Assembly (NCBI GenBank): GCA_041891055.1 | Contig: CP169074.1 | Location: forward strand, 576,001-640,000 | Source of the DNA: Halorutilales archaeon Cl-col2-1 | Lineage (GTDB): Archaea; Halobacteriota; Halobacteria; Halobacteriales; Afararchaeaceae | Direction: 5' to 3' | DNA: 64,000 nucleotides | Notes under the pieces: model-generated | Databases searched by the model: none | Told to the model about the DNA's origin: nothing | Seen by the model: only the letters and a program-made list of their open reading frames with translations | Made by a program: the position numbers and the translations under genes | Shown: piece by piece, positions 19,001-29,134 of the stretch | Numbering within the stretch: position 1 is the stretch's first letter | How the letters are laid out: every line of letters begins with the position of its first letter

Positions 19001-20211
19001 AAGATTCAGGGCTATACGACAGGGTTGTCGACGGTGACGTCCCTCTATACGCAGTCGAGGACGAGTCTGAGTCGGCGGACGAGGCGGTCGAAGTCAGGAG
19101 AAAGGTCATAGAGGAAGAGACAGGGACTTCGCTCGCGAACGTCGGAGAGTACGTCTTCGACGCCGAGACAGCCACCGACAAGAACGTCGAGAACATGGTC
19201 GGCGGAATACAGATACCTCTCGGCGTCGCGGGTCCACTCAGGGTAGACGGCGAGTACGCAACAGGAGAGTACTACGTACCTATGGCAACGACCGAGGGTG
19301 CTCTTGTCGCGTCGACAAATAGGGGCGCGTCGGCTGCGTCCGAGTCGGGAGGGGTAAGTTCACGTCTCTTCAAGGACGCGATGACGCGCGCTCCTGTCTT
19401 CCGTGTAGAGGGGGTCGAACACGCCAAGGAGGTCGTCGACTGGCTCTCCGAGAGCTTCGAGACGGTCAAGACAGCCGCGGAGGAGACCACGAGCCACGGC
19501 GAGTTAGTCGCCGCAGACCCCTACGTCGCTGGTGACAGCCTCTATCTGCGTCTGAGCTACGACACCAAGGACGCTATGGGAATGAACATGGCTACCGTCG
19601 CGAGCCGTGCCGTCTCGGAGGTCGTCGAGGAAGAGACAGGCGCGAGCCTTATCGCCCTGTCGGGCAACATGTGTACCGACAAGAAGCCCGCCGCGATAAA
19701 CCAGATAGAGGGGCGCGGAAGAACAGTAAGTGCCGACGTCGAGATGGAGAGGTCGACCGTCGAGAACGTCCTCAACACTACACCTGAGAACGTAGCCGAG
19801 GTCAACTCGAGAAAGACACTCGTCGGAAGCGCGAGGGCGGGATCGTTCGGATTCAACGCCCACGTCTCGAACGTCCTCTCAGCCGTCTATATCGCCACGG
19901 GACAGGATCCCGCACAGGTCGTCGAGGGATCGATGGCTACGACGACTGCTTCTGTCAAGGACGGCGACCTCTACTTCAGCGTGACCCTCCCCGCCGTAGA
20001 GGTCGGTACTGTCGGCGGTGGTACGTCGCTTGAGACACAGAACGAGGCTCTGTCTATCCTGGGCGTAGAAGGCGGCGGCGAAACGCCCGGGGAGAACGCA
20101 AAGGCGTTCGCCGAGATAATAGGAGCCGCCGCAGTCGCAGGCGAGCTAAGCCTACACGCCGCACTCGCGTCACGCCATCTCTCGGAGTCGCACGAGAAAC
20201 TGGGGCGTTAA
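18997..20211 (+). CDS. hmgA: HMG-CoA reductase (class I)
   Basis: ENMVG, PMATTEGAL, DAMGMNM and GTVGGGT motifs. Confidence 0.96.
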   Translation: MKDSGLYDRVVDGDVPLYAVEDESESADEAVEVRRKVIEEETGTSLANVGEYVFDAETATDKNVENMVGGIQIPLGVAGPLRVDGEYATGEYYVPMATTEGALVASTNRGASAASESGGVSSRLFKDAMTRAPVFRVEGVEHAKEVVDWLSESFETVKTAAEETTSHGELVAADPYVAGDSLYLRLSYDTKDAMGMNMATVASRAVSEVVEEETGASLIALSGNMCTDKKPAAINQIEGRGRTVSADVEMERSTVENVLNTTPENVAEVNSRKTLVGSARAGSFGFNAHVSNVLSAVYIATGQDPAQVVEGSMATTTASVKDGDLYFSVTLPAVEVGTVGGGTSLETQNEALSILGVEGGGETPGENAKAFAEIIGAAAVAGELSLHAALASRHLSESHEKLGR

Positions 20212-20334
20212 CTAACTAGCTACGTGAGGAGTGAAGTCCTCGATTATCCACTCGTTGAGTGTCTTCTTGAGATCCCTGCGCTCCTCGGGAGACAGGTCTT
20301 CTCCCGGATCAGGTAGGTATTCGTAATCTCCCAT
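20212..20334 (-). CDS. Putative 40-aa protein coupled to hsp20
   Basis: TAATG stop/start overlap; acidic sequence MGDYEYLPDPGEDLSPEERRDLKKTLNEWIIEDFTPHVAS fills the gap exactly. Confidence 0.6.
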   Translation of the reverse strand: MGDYEYLPDPGEDLSPEERRDLKKTLNEWIIEDFTPHVAS

Positions 20335-20783
20335 TACTCTATGTCTATCTCCTTTCCTCTTATTTCTTCTTCCTTCTCGAACGTGGTCTCGAGAACCCCG
20401 TTTCGGTAGGTCGCCTCCGCGGTGTCGGGATCAACCCTCTCAGGAAGCTGTACCGTGGTGTCGTACCTCCTTTCGTCGCTCGAAGCACGTATCCTGAGGC
20501 TATCGTCGGTCGCGTTGAGACTGATATCCTCCTTTCTGACTCCCGGGAGATCCGCTACGACCCTCACGGAGTCGTCGTCGTCGAACACCTCGACACGTGG
20601 TGACGTCTCAGCCTCGGAGCCGTGATTAGAGGCGTCGGTCGTGGCTCTCTCGCGCAGGTCGTCGGGCGTGAGACCGAAACTGTACGCCCTCATCTCCGAG
20701 TTCTCGTCGGCGAGCTGTTTCATCATCCTCTCTACCTCCTCGAATATCTCGTCGAACGGGTTTCTCCTTGTCATCTCGACCAC
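20334..20783 (-). CDS. hsp20: Small heat-shock protein Hsp20
   Basis: ADLPGV, ATYRNGVLE and terminal IDIE motifs. Confidence 0.93.
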   Translation of the reverse strand: MVEMTRRNPFDEIFEEVERMMKQLADENSEMRAYSFGLTPDDLRERATTDASNHGSEAETSPRVEVFDDDDSVRVVADLPGVRKEDISLNATDDSLRIRASSDERRYDTTVQLPERVDPDTAEATYRNGVLETTFEKEEEIRGKEIDIE

Positions 20784-20834
20784 TCCTTAACTTGGAGTTA
20801 GTGTTTAAGACACAAAAATGTTTTGTGCTAAGTC

Positions 20835-21281
20835 CTAAGCCATCTCGTCGACAGCCTTCTCGACCAACTGGTAGTACATCAGCGCGGGACCGCCTCCCAT
20901 TAGAACCGCCATCCAGCCAGCCTCTCTTATCTCGTCGGGGGTCGCGCCCTCGTCAACGGCGTTCTTGACGTGGTAGGCTATACACCATTTACAGTGGGTA
21001 ACGACCGAGAGCGAGACGGCTGTAAGCTCCTTCTGTTTCGTACTGAGCGCGCCCTCTGTCTCGACTTCACCAAGGAACTCTCCGAAAGCCGCCATCTCGT
21101 CGGGTGAGGTCTCGTCGAACTTGGCGAGTGACTCGGAGACTTGGGAGTGGAGGTCTTCCATGCTGGGAAGTTCGCGTCCCTGTCTTTCGAGTCTTTCAAC
21201 CGTCTCGATGAGATCTTCGATAGTCGTCTCACCACTGTCTCGGTCTCTGTTCCCGCCGTCGGAAGGACTGTCTGACGCCAT
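20835..21281 (-). CDS. Carboxymuconolactone decarboxylase/AhpD family protein
   Basis: KQKEL..HCKWCIAYH motif. Confidence 0.88.
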   Translation of the reverse strand: MASDSPSDGGNRDRDSGETTIEDLIETVERLERQGRELPSMEDLHSQVSESLAKFDETSPDEMAAFGEFLGEVETEGALSTKQKELTAVSLSVVTHCKWCIAYHVKNAVDEGATPDEIREAGWMAVLMGGGPALMYYQLVEKAVDEMA

Positions 21282-21323
21282 AGGAACCAGCTTCGGATTC
21301 AGACGTCTTGTTTCTTTCGCGGT

Positions 21324-21788
21324 TTACGACGGGACGAGTTCGTCGAGGGCGTCGTCTATTAGGTCGTCTACGTCGATGTCTTTCGTCTCAGCAACATAGA
21401 GCGCGGCTGCGTGTATGTTGACCGCCCCGAGTCGGCGTTTCGACCTGTTTATCTCGGCAACTGTCTCACGTTTGTCGAAGCCTTCGGCTACGAGTCTGTC
21501 GAGGACTGCGTCGAAGACGTCGACTTCTCCCACCAAGCTTCCGACGTCAGGCGGCGAGAAGTCAGTGAGATCGACCTCGCCGAAGTCGAACTCGGATTCT
21601 ACCTCGTCCCCGTCGTCAATAGTTACGAGACCTCTCTCATCGGCGGCTTCGAGTATCTCCTCCGCCTCGTCGGGACTGTACCAGCCCTTGTCGCGCGAGA
21701 GCGAGAAGACGAATTCAACGTGTGACACAGTGTCGGTGTCCCTCATACGGAATGGAGCCGAGACGACTTCACGGAGACTCATACCCAT
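21324..21788 (-). CDS. Conserved archaeal protein (DUF2240-like)
   Basis: EFVFSLSRDKGWYSPDEA pattern. Confidence 0.75.
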   Translation of the reverse strand: MGMSLREVVSAPFRMRDTDTVSHVEFVFSLSRDKGWYSPDEAEEILEAADERGLVTIDDGDEVESEFDFGEVDLTDFSPPDVGSLVGEVDVFDAVLDRLVAEGFDKRETVAEINRSKRRLGAVNIHAAALYVAETKDIDVDDLIDDALDELVPS

Positions 21789-21824
21789 AAGTCGAGGTGA
21801 TGAGACAAGTCGTTAACGGTGTGG

Positions 21825-22292
21825 TCAGTAGCCGCCCGGGAGAGCGAGGACGACTGCGACTAAGAAGAGCGGGAGACTCATCACTATACCGTACCAGAGA
21901 CCGCCCGCGCCGAGTAGGAGCCACGTCGTGACGCGTCGGTCGTCCACCTGGTCGTAGCCTAAACGCGGAAGGACGAGTAGTGCTAGAGACGGAAAGCCGA
22001 CGGTATAGAGTAAGGTCACGACCACCGATAGACTGATTATCGCGTTCGAGTACGTCGCTGTGCCCGTAGGATCGAGAACGAAGACAGCACCGAGTCCGAG
22101 TAAGTAAGGAACTGCCGCAGCTACACAGAAGACGGGATACGCGACGTAGAGAGGGACGGGAGCCTCGTCGAAGACCGAACGGACACGTTCGGAGACCAGA
22201 AAAGGAGACCAGAGGACTCCCGCGACTAAGCCAGGTAGGAAGAGATAGACGACGACGAAGACACCTCCGGTTATCCACTCGACAGCTGACAT
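21825..22292 (-). CDS. Hypothetical membrane protein
   Basis: About 4 hydrophobic segments; host-like codon use. Confidence 0.75.
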   Translation of the reverse strand: MSAVEWITGGVFVVVYLFLPGLVAGVLWSPFLVSERVRSVFDEAPVPLYVAYPVFCVAAAVPYLLGLGAVFVLDPTGTATYSNAIISLSVVVTLLYTVGFPSLALLVLPRLGYDQVDDRRVTTWLLLGAGGLWYGIVMSLPLFLVAVVLALPGGY

Positions 22293-22334
22293 CGTTCGTA
22301 TCTCGCCGTCGACGCATAACGTACTTTTGGTGGG

Positions 22335-22751
22335 TTACTCGAGGCTCCAGCCCGCAGTCTCGGCGGCTTCGTCTACGTCGACGTACTCCCATCCCGCCTT
22401 CTCAGCTACTACCTCGTCCCTCTTCGACGCGCCGACGAAGACGTACCTCTCGGCGTCGTACATCTCGCTGTCCATCGCGCGTTCGAGGGCATCGAGCTTT
22501 CCGTCGTCGGGCGCGGGGAAGAAGTCGGGATCTATCCGGTTCTTCGTACAGTAGCCGTTTATGACGTGCTGTGAGGTCGATCCCACGACGCCGACGTACT
22601 CAGCCCAGCCGTTTATCGACTCAAATGTCTCACGCGGGTTCTCGAAGCTCTTCAGGACGGAGTCGAAGTCGAGGGCGACGGCTATTTCGCCTCGGGCATC
22701 TATGCCGTCGACGTCTGTCGCGTCGTCGGTCTCGGGATCTGGCATGGTCAT
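22335..22751 (-). CDS. Conserved haloarchaeal HAD-like protein (DUF7124-like)
   Basis: WAEYVGVV and ERYVFVG..AEKAGWEY pattern. Confidence 0.7.
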   Translation of the reverse strand: MTMPDPETDDATDVDGIDARGEIAVALDFDSVLKSFENPRETFESINGWAEYVGVVGSTSQHVINGYCTKNRIDPDFFPAPDDGKLDALERAMDSEMYDAERYVFVGASKRDEVVAEKAGWEYVDVDEAAETAGWSLE

Positions 22752-22793
22752 AGGTTATAGAGGGTGGTGGGTACTAAGAGGGTTTTCTCTCGT

Positions 22794-24851
22794 CTATCCT
22801 CCATCCGTCTTACCGAGCACCTTCTCCTCGAACCCGCCCTCGTCGAGTGTCTCAACGCCGTGTTCGTCGGCGTCCTGAGTCTTTCTCGCTCCGGGATCCT
22901 CTCCGACGACGAGGTAGTCGGTCTCTCCGCTCACAGAAGAAGTCACGTCTCCGCCGTGGGACTCGACGAGATCCGTAGCCTCGTCTCGCGTATAGGAGTC
23001 GAGACTTCCCGTGAAGACTATCTTGAGACCCTCTAACTCGTCACTCCTCTCACGTCTCTGAGGCGTTACTCCGGCGTCAAGTAGGTCGTCGACTAAGTCG
23101 CCGCCCCTTCCCTCGAAGAACGAATGTATGCTCTCTGCTGTCTCCTCACCCACGTCGTCGATACGTCTCAGCTCTTCTACCGTGGCGTCTCTTATCTCTT
23201 CGAGACTCATCTCGTCCGAGAGACGGCGTGCGGTCTCTGAGCCGACGTGTCTTATCCCGAGCGAGGTCAGGAAGCTACTCAGATCTGTCGTCTTACTGTC
23301 GTCTATCTCGCACACGAGCTTCTGAGCCGACTTCTCTCCGAAGCCATCCAACTCGACTAAGTCGTCCTTTTCGAGTCGGTAGAGATCGGCGACCTCCTCG
23401 ACTATTCCCTCGTCGACGAGAACTGAAGCGATCTTCTCGCCGAGACCTTGTATATCCATCGCGTCCTTCGACCCGAAATGTTCGAGACCACGTCTGAGCT
23501 GTGCGGGACACGAGACCCCACCAGTGCAGTAATGGTACTCGCCCTCACGCACGACGTCGCTCCCACAGACGGGACATTCGTCGGGCATCTCGAAGACTTC
23601 TCTGTCTTCGGTCTCGGACGTGACCTCTACGACCTCAGGTATGACGTCGCCCGCCCTCTTTATCCTGACCCTCGCGCCCTCCGAGACTCCGAGTTGGCGA
23701 GCCTGTGACTCGTTGTGAAGGGTCGCACGGCTGATAGTCACGCCCTTGACGTCTACGGGTTCGAGGAGAGCAACGGGGGTGAGCTTGCCCGTCCTTCCGA
23801 CCTGTACGACTATCCTCTCGACGGTTGTCTCTCCCGTCTTCGCGGGGAACTTGTAGGCGAACGCCCATCTTGGATGGCTCGAAGTCACGCCGAGTTCGCC
23901 CCTCTTCGAGTAGTCGTTGACCTTCGCGACGACGCCGTCGACATCGTAGTTGAGTTCGTCTCGTCTTTCGAGAATCTCGTCCCTGTACTCGATGAATCCG
24001 TCTATGTCGTCGACTATCCGTCTGTTGGGACTAGTCTCGAATCCGAGGTCACTCAGGAACTCCATCGCCTCGTCGTGTGATTCGACCCCGAGGTCAGAGT
24101 CGAGTATAGAGTAAAAGAAGATATCGAGGGGTCTGTCGGCGACTACGTTCGGATCTAGCTGTCTCAGACTTCCCGCGGCGGCGTTCCTCGGGTTGGCGAA
24201 GGGCTCATTCCCCTCCTGAATCCTCTTCTCGTTGAGACTCTGGAAGCCATCCTTCGGAATGTAGATCTCGCCCCTCACAGCGAGGAAGTCGGGGGCGTCG
24301 GACGGAAGGGACAGAGGCACCGATCTTATAGTACGGACGTTACGTGTCACGTCGTCTCCCTCTACGCCGTCTCCGCGTGTAACCGCTCTCGAATACTCGG
24401 CACTTTCGTAGACGACCTCGACCGAGAGACCGTCAAACTTGGGCTCACAGTTGTACTCGACGTCACCGACCTCACGTCTCACCCTCTCGTCGAACTTCCT
24501 GACGTCGTCCTCGTCATCAGACGAAGACAGGCTAAGCATCTCGGTGACGTGTTCGACCGTCTCAAACTCGTCGACGGGCTCGCCCCCCACTCTCTGAGTC
24601 GGTGAGTTCTCGGTAGCTAAGCCGAACTCGTCCTCCAGATCTTCGAGTCTCGCGTAAAGCTCGTCGTACGCCCTATCGGAGATGACGGGGTCGTTCTCGA
24701 CGTAGTAACGGTAGTCGTGGTAACGCACCGCCTCACGCAGGAGACGAACCTGTTTCTCCGCTTCCTCTTGTGTCAGATCCTCGACCGGATCGAAGTCGAG
24801 TTCGGGATTCTCGATGTATGGATTCTCGTCGGTGTCGGGTTTCTCAGTCAT
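22794..24851 (-). CDS. ligA: NAD-dependent DNA ligase
   Basis: EPKFDG, NPRNAAAGS, C4 zinc finger, C-terminal BRCT; start re-placed to ATG 24851. Confidence 0.97.
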   Translation of the reverse strand: MTEKPDTDENPYIENPELDFDPVEDLTQEEAEKQVRLLREAVRYHDYRYYVENDPVISDRAYDELYARLEDLEDEFGLATENSPTQRVGGEPVDEFETVEHVTEMLSLSSSDDEDDVRKFDERVRREVGDVEYNCEPKFDGLSVEVVYESAEYSRAVTRGDGVEGDDVTRNVRTIRSVPLSLPSDAPDFLAVRGEIYIPKDGFQSLNEKRIQEGNEPFANPRNAAAGSLRQLDPNVVADRPLDIFFYSILDSDLGVESHDEAMEFLSDLGFETSPNRRIVDDIDGFIEYRDEILERRDELNYDVDGVVAKVNDYSKRGELGVTSSHPRWAFAYKFPAKTGETTVERIVVQVGRTGKLTPVALLEPVDVKGVTISRATLHNESQARQLGVSEGARVRIKRAGDVIPEVVEVTSETEDREVFEMPDECPVCGSDVVREGEYHYCTGGVSCPAQLRRGLEHFGSKDAMDIQGLGEKIASVLVDEGIVEEVADLYRLEKDDLVELDGFGEKSAQKLVCEIDDSKTTDLSSFLTSLGIRHVGSETARRLSDEMSLEEIRDATVEELRRIDDVGEETAESIHSFFEGRGGDLVDDLLDAGVTPQRRERSDELEGLKIVFTGSLDSYTRDEATDLVESHGGDVTSSVSGETDYLVVGEDPGARKTQDADEHGVETLDEGGFEEKVLGKTDGG

Positions 24852-26568
24852 CGCTCTCGAAGTAAGACAGGAGTCCATCTAAGTCCCTCGTGTTGAGGAC
24901 GTCGTCGGGCTCACACCATCCTCTCCGTGCCTGTGAGACCCCGAGATGCATATGGTCAAGCTCAGAAGTCGAGTGGGCGTCTGTCGAGATGACGTACTTG
25001 ACATCGCCGCGGTACTCCTTGACGTGGTTCCACGGCATGTCGAGCCTCGCAGGCTGCGAGTTGATTTCGAGTGCGACGTTCTCATCGGCGGCTTTAGCTA
25101 CGACAGCGTCGAGATCTATGTCGAGGGACTCACGCTCGTTTATCTTCCTGTTGAGAGGATGTGCGAGGACGTCGACGGGGTACTCTTCGAGTGCCGAGAC
25201 GATCCTGTCGGTCGGTTCGTCGGGACTTGAATGTAACGCCGCGACGAGGACGTCGAATATCTCGGACGTCTCCTCCGAGATGTCGAGACCGTCGTCAGTA
25301 ATGTTAGCCTCGGCTCCGAAGAGAACCTCGACGCCGATCTCGTCGTCAGCGTTGACCTCGTCTATCTCGTCTTTCTGTTCCTCGAAGTCGTCTCTCGAAG
25401 ACGGTCCGCCCGCGACCCTGAGAGCGGGACCGTGGTCTGTCACGAGTAGGTAGTCGTGTCCTATCTCGTCGGCTTTCTGTGCCATCTCCCTCACAGTGTT
25501 AGATCCGTCGGAGTAGTCTGTGTGGGTCTGGAGATCGCCGCTTATGTCGTCGACTTCGACGAGGTCAGGTAGATCTCCGTTACGCGCCGCGTCGACCTCT
25601 CCGGTGTCCTCTCTGAGTTCGGGGGGTATGTAGTCGAGTCCGAGAGCCTCGTAGATCTCCTCCTCGGTCTCTCCGGCTATCCTGTCGCCCTCCTCGGGCT
25701 CGGCATCGTCCTCAACGTCGAATAGACCGTACTCATTGAGCTTCCAGTCCTTCTCGATAGCGATGTTTCTGACCCTTATATTGTGATCCTTCGATCCCGT
25801 GAAGTACTGGAGGGCGGAGCCGTAAGCGTCTTCTGCGACTATACGCAGATCGACACGCAGGTCGCCCGAGACGAGAACCGAAGTCTTCGTCTCCCCCTTC
25901 GTGAGTACCTCCTTGACGTCTCTCATGTCACAGAAGGAGTCGGACGCCTCCTCGGGGACGCCGGAGGTCGCGAGAATGTCGACATCTCCAACAGTAGGAC
26001 GCCGTCTCCTGAACGAGCCGACTACGGTCGCCGTGTCTATGCTCTCGAACCCCTCGACAGTCTCACGTATGTCCTGTGTGATCGGGAAAGCCTCGCCGAG
26101 GAGCATCCTCTCCTGACTTTTTCTGGCTAACCCTATGCCTTCGAGAATCTTCTCCTGTGTCTTCTCGCCGTAGCCCTCCAAGCCAGCGATCTCACCCGAC
26201 TCTGCGGCTTCTTCGAGGTCGTCGAGGTCGGTCACGCCGAGTTCGATGTAGAGATCCTTCGCGGTCTTCGGACCCACCCCCTCTACCGACTTGAGGGCGT
26301 CTATGTCGACGGGTAGCTCGTCCTTGAGTTCGTCGTAGTAGCCGAGTTCGCCGGTTTCGAGATACTCAGAGACCTTCTCGGCTATTGACTCCCCGACTCC
26401 GTCTATCTCCTGAAGCTCACCCCTGTCGTGTATCTCGTCTATCTCCTCCGAGAGCGACTCGATGTTACGTGCGGCGCGCCGGTAGGCTCTCGGTTTCCAC
26501 TCGACCTCCTTCATCTCAAGCAGATCAGCTATTTCATAGAGGAGGTCGGCGACTTCCTTGTTCCTCAT
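24844..26568 (-). CDS. polX: Family X DNA polymerase with PHP domain
   Basis: HhH repeats, GSFRR, GDVDIL, RVDLR, YFTGS; PHP motifs TDH and STDAH. Confidence 0.96.
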   Translation of the reverse strand: MRNKEVADLLYEIADLLEMKEVEWKPRAYRRAARNIESLSEEIDEIHDRGELQEIDGVGESIAEKVSEYLETGELGYYDELKDELPVDIDALKSVEGVGPKTAKDLYIELGVTDLDDLEEAAESGEIAGLEGYGEKTQEKILEGIGLARKSQERMLLGEAFPITQDIRETVEGFESIDTATVVGSFRRRRPTVGDVDILATSGVPEEASDSFCDMRDVKEVLTKGETKTSVLVSGDLRVDLRIVAEDAYGSALQYFTGSKDHNIRVRNIAIEKDWKLNEYGLFDVEDDAEPEEGDRIAGETEEEIYEALGLDYIPPELREDTGEVDAARNGDLPDLVEVDDISGDLQTHTDYSDGSNTVREMAQKADEIGHDYLLVTDHGPALRVAGGPSSRDDFEEQKDEIDEVNADDEIGVEVLFGAEANITDDGLDISEETSEIFDVLVAALHSSPDEPTDRIVSALEEYPVDVLAHPLNRKINERESLDIDLDAVVAKAADENVALEINSQPARLDMPWNHVKEYRGDVKYVISTDAHSTSELDHMHLGVSQARRGWCEPDDVLNTRDLDGLLSYFESDD

Positions 26569-26598
26569 AATTCGGTGTCACACCGCGGGGTCTAAAAC

Positions 26599-27348
26599 TT
26601 AATGCCGAGTAGGTGTCCCGGTCGGACACGACTCCGACGCCAACTCGGTCTCGGTCTCGGTCTGTGACACGAGACGGATTATCTCGCCCGCGTTCGAGAT
26701 TAGACTGTTCTCCGCCTTACGCAGATGCTCCTCGTAGGTCGATCTCGCGACGTCTGTCCTCTCCGAGAGATCGGCGACAGACGCGTTACGCGGCTCGTCG
26801 TAATAACCGTTGTCGAGAGCGATCCGGAGGGCTTCGATCTGTCTGGGTGTTATGTCGTCGACGAGCGTCTCAGCTGTCACGGTGGTGTAGGGCATCCGTC
26901 TCTCACGTAGGGACGTCTTAGAGATTACCTCTATCTCCCTGTCCTCATCAAGATCTCTGAGTAGACTCTCGACGTCGCCCTCGTCGAACGCCGTGACGGT
27001 GTAATGCTCCCATCCCTGTCGGTAGACCGTTGGAGGCATATAGAGACAGCTGTGATCCTCAAGCTCCTGTATAACCGAGTCCTCAAGAGGGCAGCTACAC
27101 GATCTCGCTACAACCCGGATACCGGAGCCGTCATCCGACTCCGACGTGTGAAGTATCTCGCCCATGGAGCCGACCTCGTCGACGACGTCATCGGACGAGA
27201 CGGACTCCGAAGACATCGGAGAGGTGACTTCGAGAACCTGACAGTCGTTGAGATGCCACTCACGAACTGTGAGGTCGGGATATTGCTCTGATAGCTCACG
27301 ATAGGGACAGTCGTGTCTTAGCTTGAACGAAGCCTCGTAGATCGGCAT
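26599..27348 (-). CDS. Bat-type HTH (HTH_10) regulator
   Basis: C-terminal GYYDEPR..EHLRKAE motif. Confidence 0.9.
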   Translation of the reverse strand: MPIYEASFKLRHDCPYRELSEQYPDLTVREWHLNDCQVLEVTSPMSSESVSSDDVVDEVGSMGEILHTSESDDGSGIRVVARSCSCPLEDSVIQELEDHSCLYMPPTVYRQGWEHYTVTAFDEGDVESLLRDLDEDREIEVISKTSLRERRMPYTTVTAETLVDDITPRQIEALRIALDNGYYDEPRNASVADLSERTDVARSTYEEHLRKAENSLISNAGEIIRLVSQTETETELASESCPTGTPTRH

Positions 27349-27434
27349 ATACGGCTTAAGTAGCGGGGAATGTTAAAGCCGGCTATAACCGGCAGCACCT
27401 ATATGGATAAGTGAGTGGTAGGATACGTCGACGT

Positions 27435-28661
27435 ATGACAGAGTACAGACAGGGAATACGCGAGAACTGGTGGCAGTTTAGTTTACAGCTTCTTACCGTC
27501 TTCGCGGTGGGTCTCACGATAGGCTCCGAGAGGAACGTGGTTCCTATCATAGGACGTGACATCCTCTCAGTCGAGTCTTTCCTCGTGATAGGATCGTTCG
27601 TCGTCTCGTTCGGATTCGTGAAGGCGATACTCAACCTCTACGGTGGGAAATGGGCAGAGGAGTACGGGCGCAAGCCTATACTCATAGCGGGCTGGATCGT
27701 GGCTCTTCCGATTCCGATCATAATAATAGTCGCTCCAAACTGGTGGTGGATAACCGTCGGAAACGTCCTCCTCGGGATAAACCAGGGACTCTCGTGGAGT
27801 ATGTCGGTCAACGCCAAGATAGACTTAGCGGGGAGTGAGAGACGTGGCTTGGCGGTCGGACTCGACGAGGCACTCGGATACGGAGGGGTCGCAGTCGGAA
27901 GCTGGATCACGGGTGTCATAGCTTCGAGATACAGTCTCCGACCAGAGCCCTTCTACTTCCTCTTGGGAGTCATAGTCGTCGGACTCGTGATAGCCGTCCT
28001 TTTCGTGGAGGAGACATTACCGTACGCCGAGTCGGAAGCCGCCGACTCCGACGACGAAGGCTCCGATCTCCCCTTCGTAGAGATACTCAAGAGAGCGACC
28101 TACGGAGACGCCACACTTTTCGCGGCGTCACAGGCAGGGAGTGTCGAGAAGTTCGTCGACGCACTCGTCTGGATAGCCTACCCGCTCTACCTCACATCGG
28201 AGGGACTCGACCCTGCACAGGTAGGAGTCGTCGTCGGTGTCTACGGCGGCATCTGGGGCGTCTTACAGATCTACACAGGGAAGCTCGCCGACGACATAGG
28301 CAGGAAGCCCCCCATCGTCTCGGGGATGTTCGTAGCGGGAGCCGGCGTTCTTCTAACTATACTCGTCTCGGGATACTACGAGTGGACAGCCGCCGCCGGG
28401 GTTACCGGAGTAGGAATGGCTCTCCTATACCCCAACCTCATCACGGTCGTGAGCGACGACGCACATCCAAGCTGGCGCGCTACGGGTCTCGGAGTCTACC
28501 GAATGTGGCGCGACGCGGGATACGGATTCGGAGCTATACTCATAGGCGTCGCAGTCGACGTCTTCAGCATCGACGCGGCGTTCTACTTCGTCGCAGTCTC
28601 GATGTTCGTCTCTGGTGGGATCACCTTAATCTGGATGCGCGAGACGCATCCCGAGATGTAA
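27435..28661 (+). CDS. MFS transporter
   Basis: About 12 TM segments; GKLADDIGRK motif A. Confidence 0.92.
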   Translation: MTEYRQGIRENWWQFSLQLLTVFAVGLTIGSERNVVPIIGRDILSVESFLVIGSFVVSFGFVKAILNLYGGKWAEEYGRKPILIAGWIVALPIPIIIIVAPNWWWITVGNVLLGINQGLSWSMSVNAKIDLAGSERRGLAVGLDEALGYGGVAVGSWITGVIASRYSLRPEPFYFLLGVIVVGLVIAVLFVEETLPYAESEAADSDDEGSDLPFVEILKRATYGDATLFAASQAGSVEKFVDALVWIAYPLYLTSEGLDPAQVGVVVGVYGGIWGVLQIYTGKLADDIGRKPPIVSGMFVAGAGVLLTILVSGYYEWTAAAGVTGVGMALLYPNLITVVSDDAHPSWRATGLGVYRMWRDAGYGFGAILIGVAVDVFSIDAAFYFVAVSMFVSGGITLIWMRETHPEM

Positions 28662-28700
28662 CGCCCCACTCTTTATGTTGTCCGAGTCTTAACTCGGTCT

Positions 28701-28859
28701 ATGAGCGTATCGAGCATCTGTTACATATGCGAAGACCCCGCGACACAGACGTGCAACTCGTGCGGGCAGCCTGTCTGTGACGAACATTTCGTAGCATCGG
28801 AGAACCTGTGTGTCGAATGCGCCGAAGACCTCGACCCGACAGAGCACAGGACGTATTAA
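28701..28859 (+). CDS. 52-aa zinc-finger micro-protein (zf-HIT-like)
   Basis: Hand-translated: CYIC, CNSCG, VCDEH and LCVEC pairs. Confidence 0.8.
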   Translation: MSVSSICYICEDPATQTCNSCGQPVCDEHFVASENLCVECAEDLDPTEHRTY

Positions 28860-28897
28860 CCAAAAGAGGTTTTAGACTCCAAGTTGGATCTAAGAAC

Positions 28898-29056
28898 ATG
28901 TCATCGTCAGACTCCGGACTCATGTCCTCGGCGGGACTCGTACGTTACTTCGAGTCCGAGGATCAGAGAGCCATAAACATAGATCCCAAGACAGTAGTCG
29001 CAGGCGGCATAGCTATAGGAGTTCTAGTTCAGGTTCTCAATATCGCTTACCTTTAA
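28898..29056 (+). CDS. secG: Preprotein translocase subunit Sec61beta/SecG
   Basis: [18 protein letters not shown]; start re-placed to ATG 28898. Confidence 0.92.
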   Translation: MSSSDSGLMSSAGLVRYFESEDQRAINIDPKTVVAGGIAIGVLVQVLNIAYL

Positions 29057-29134
29057 GAAAAGTAGTTTTTACGCGTCTGGTTTCTTTTTTAGCTGCGCTT
29101 TTTATTAGACAGAACTAAAAAAGAGATACTCTGT
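29057..29134. terminator. Probable bidirectional oligo-T terminator region
   Basis: T runs on the + strand and an A6 run between convergent genes. Confidence 0.5.
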
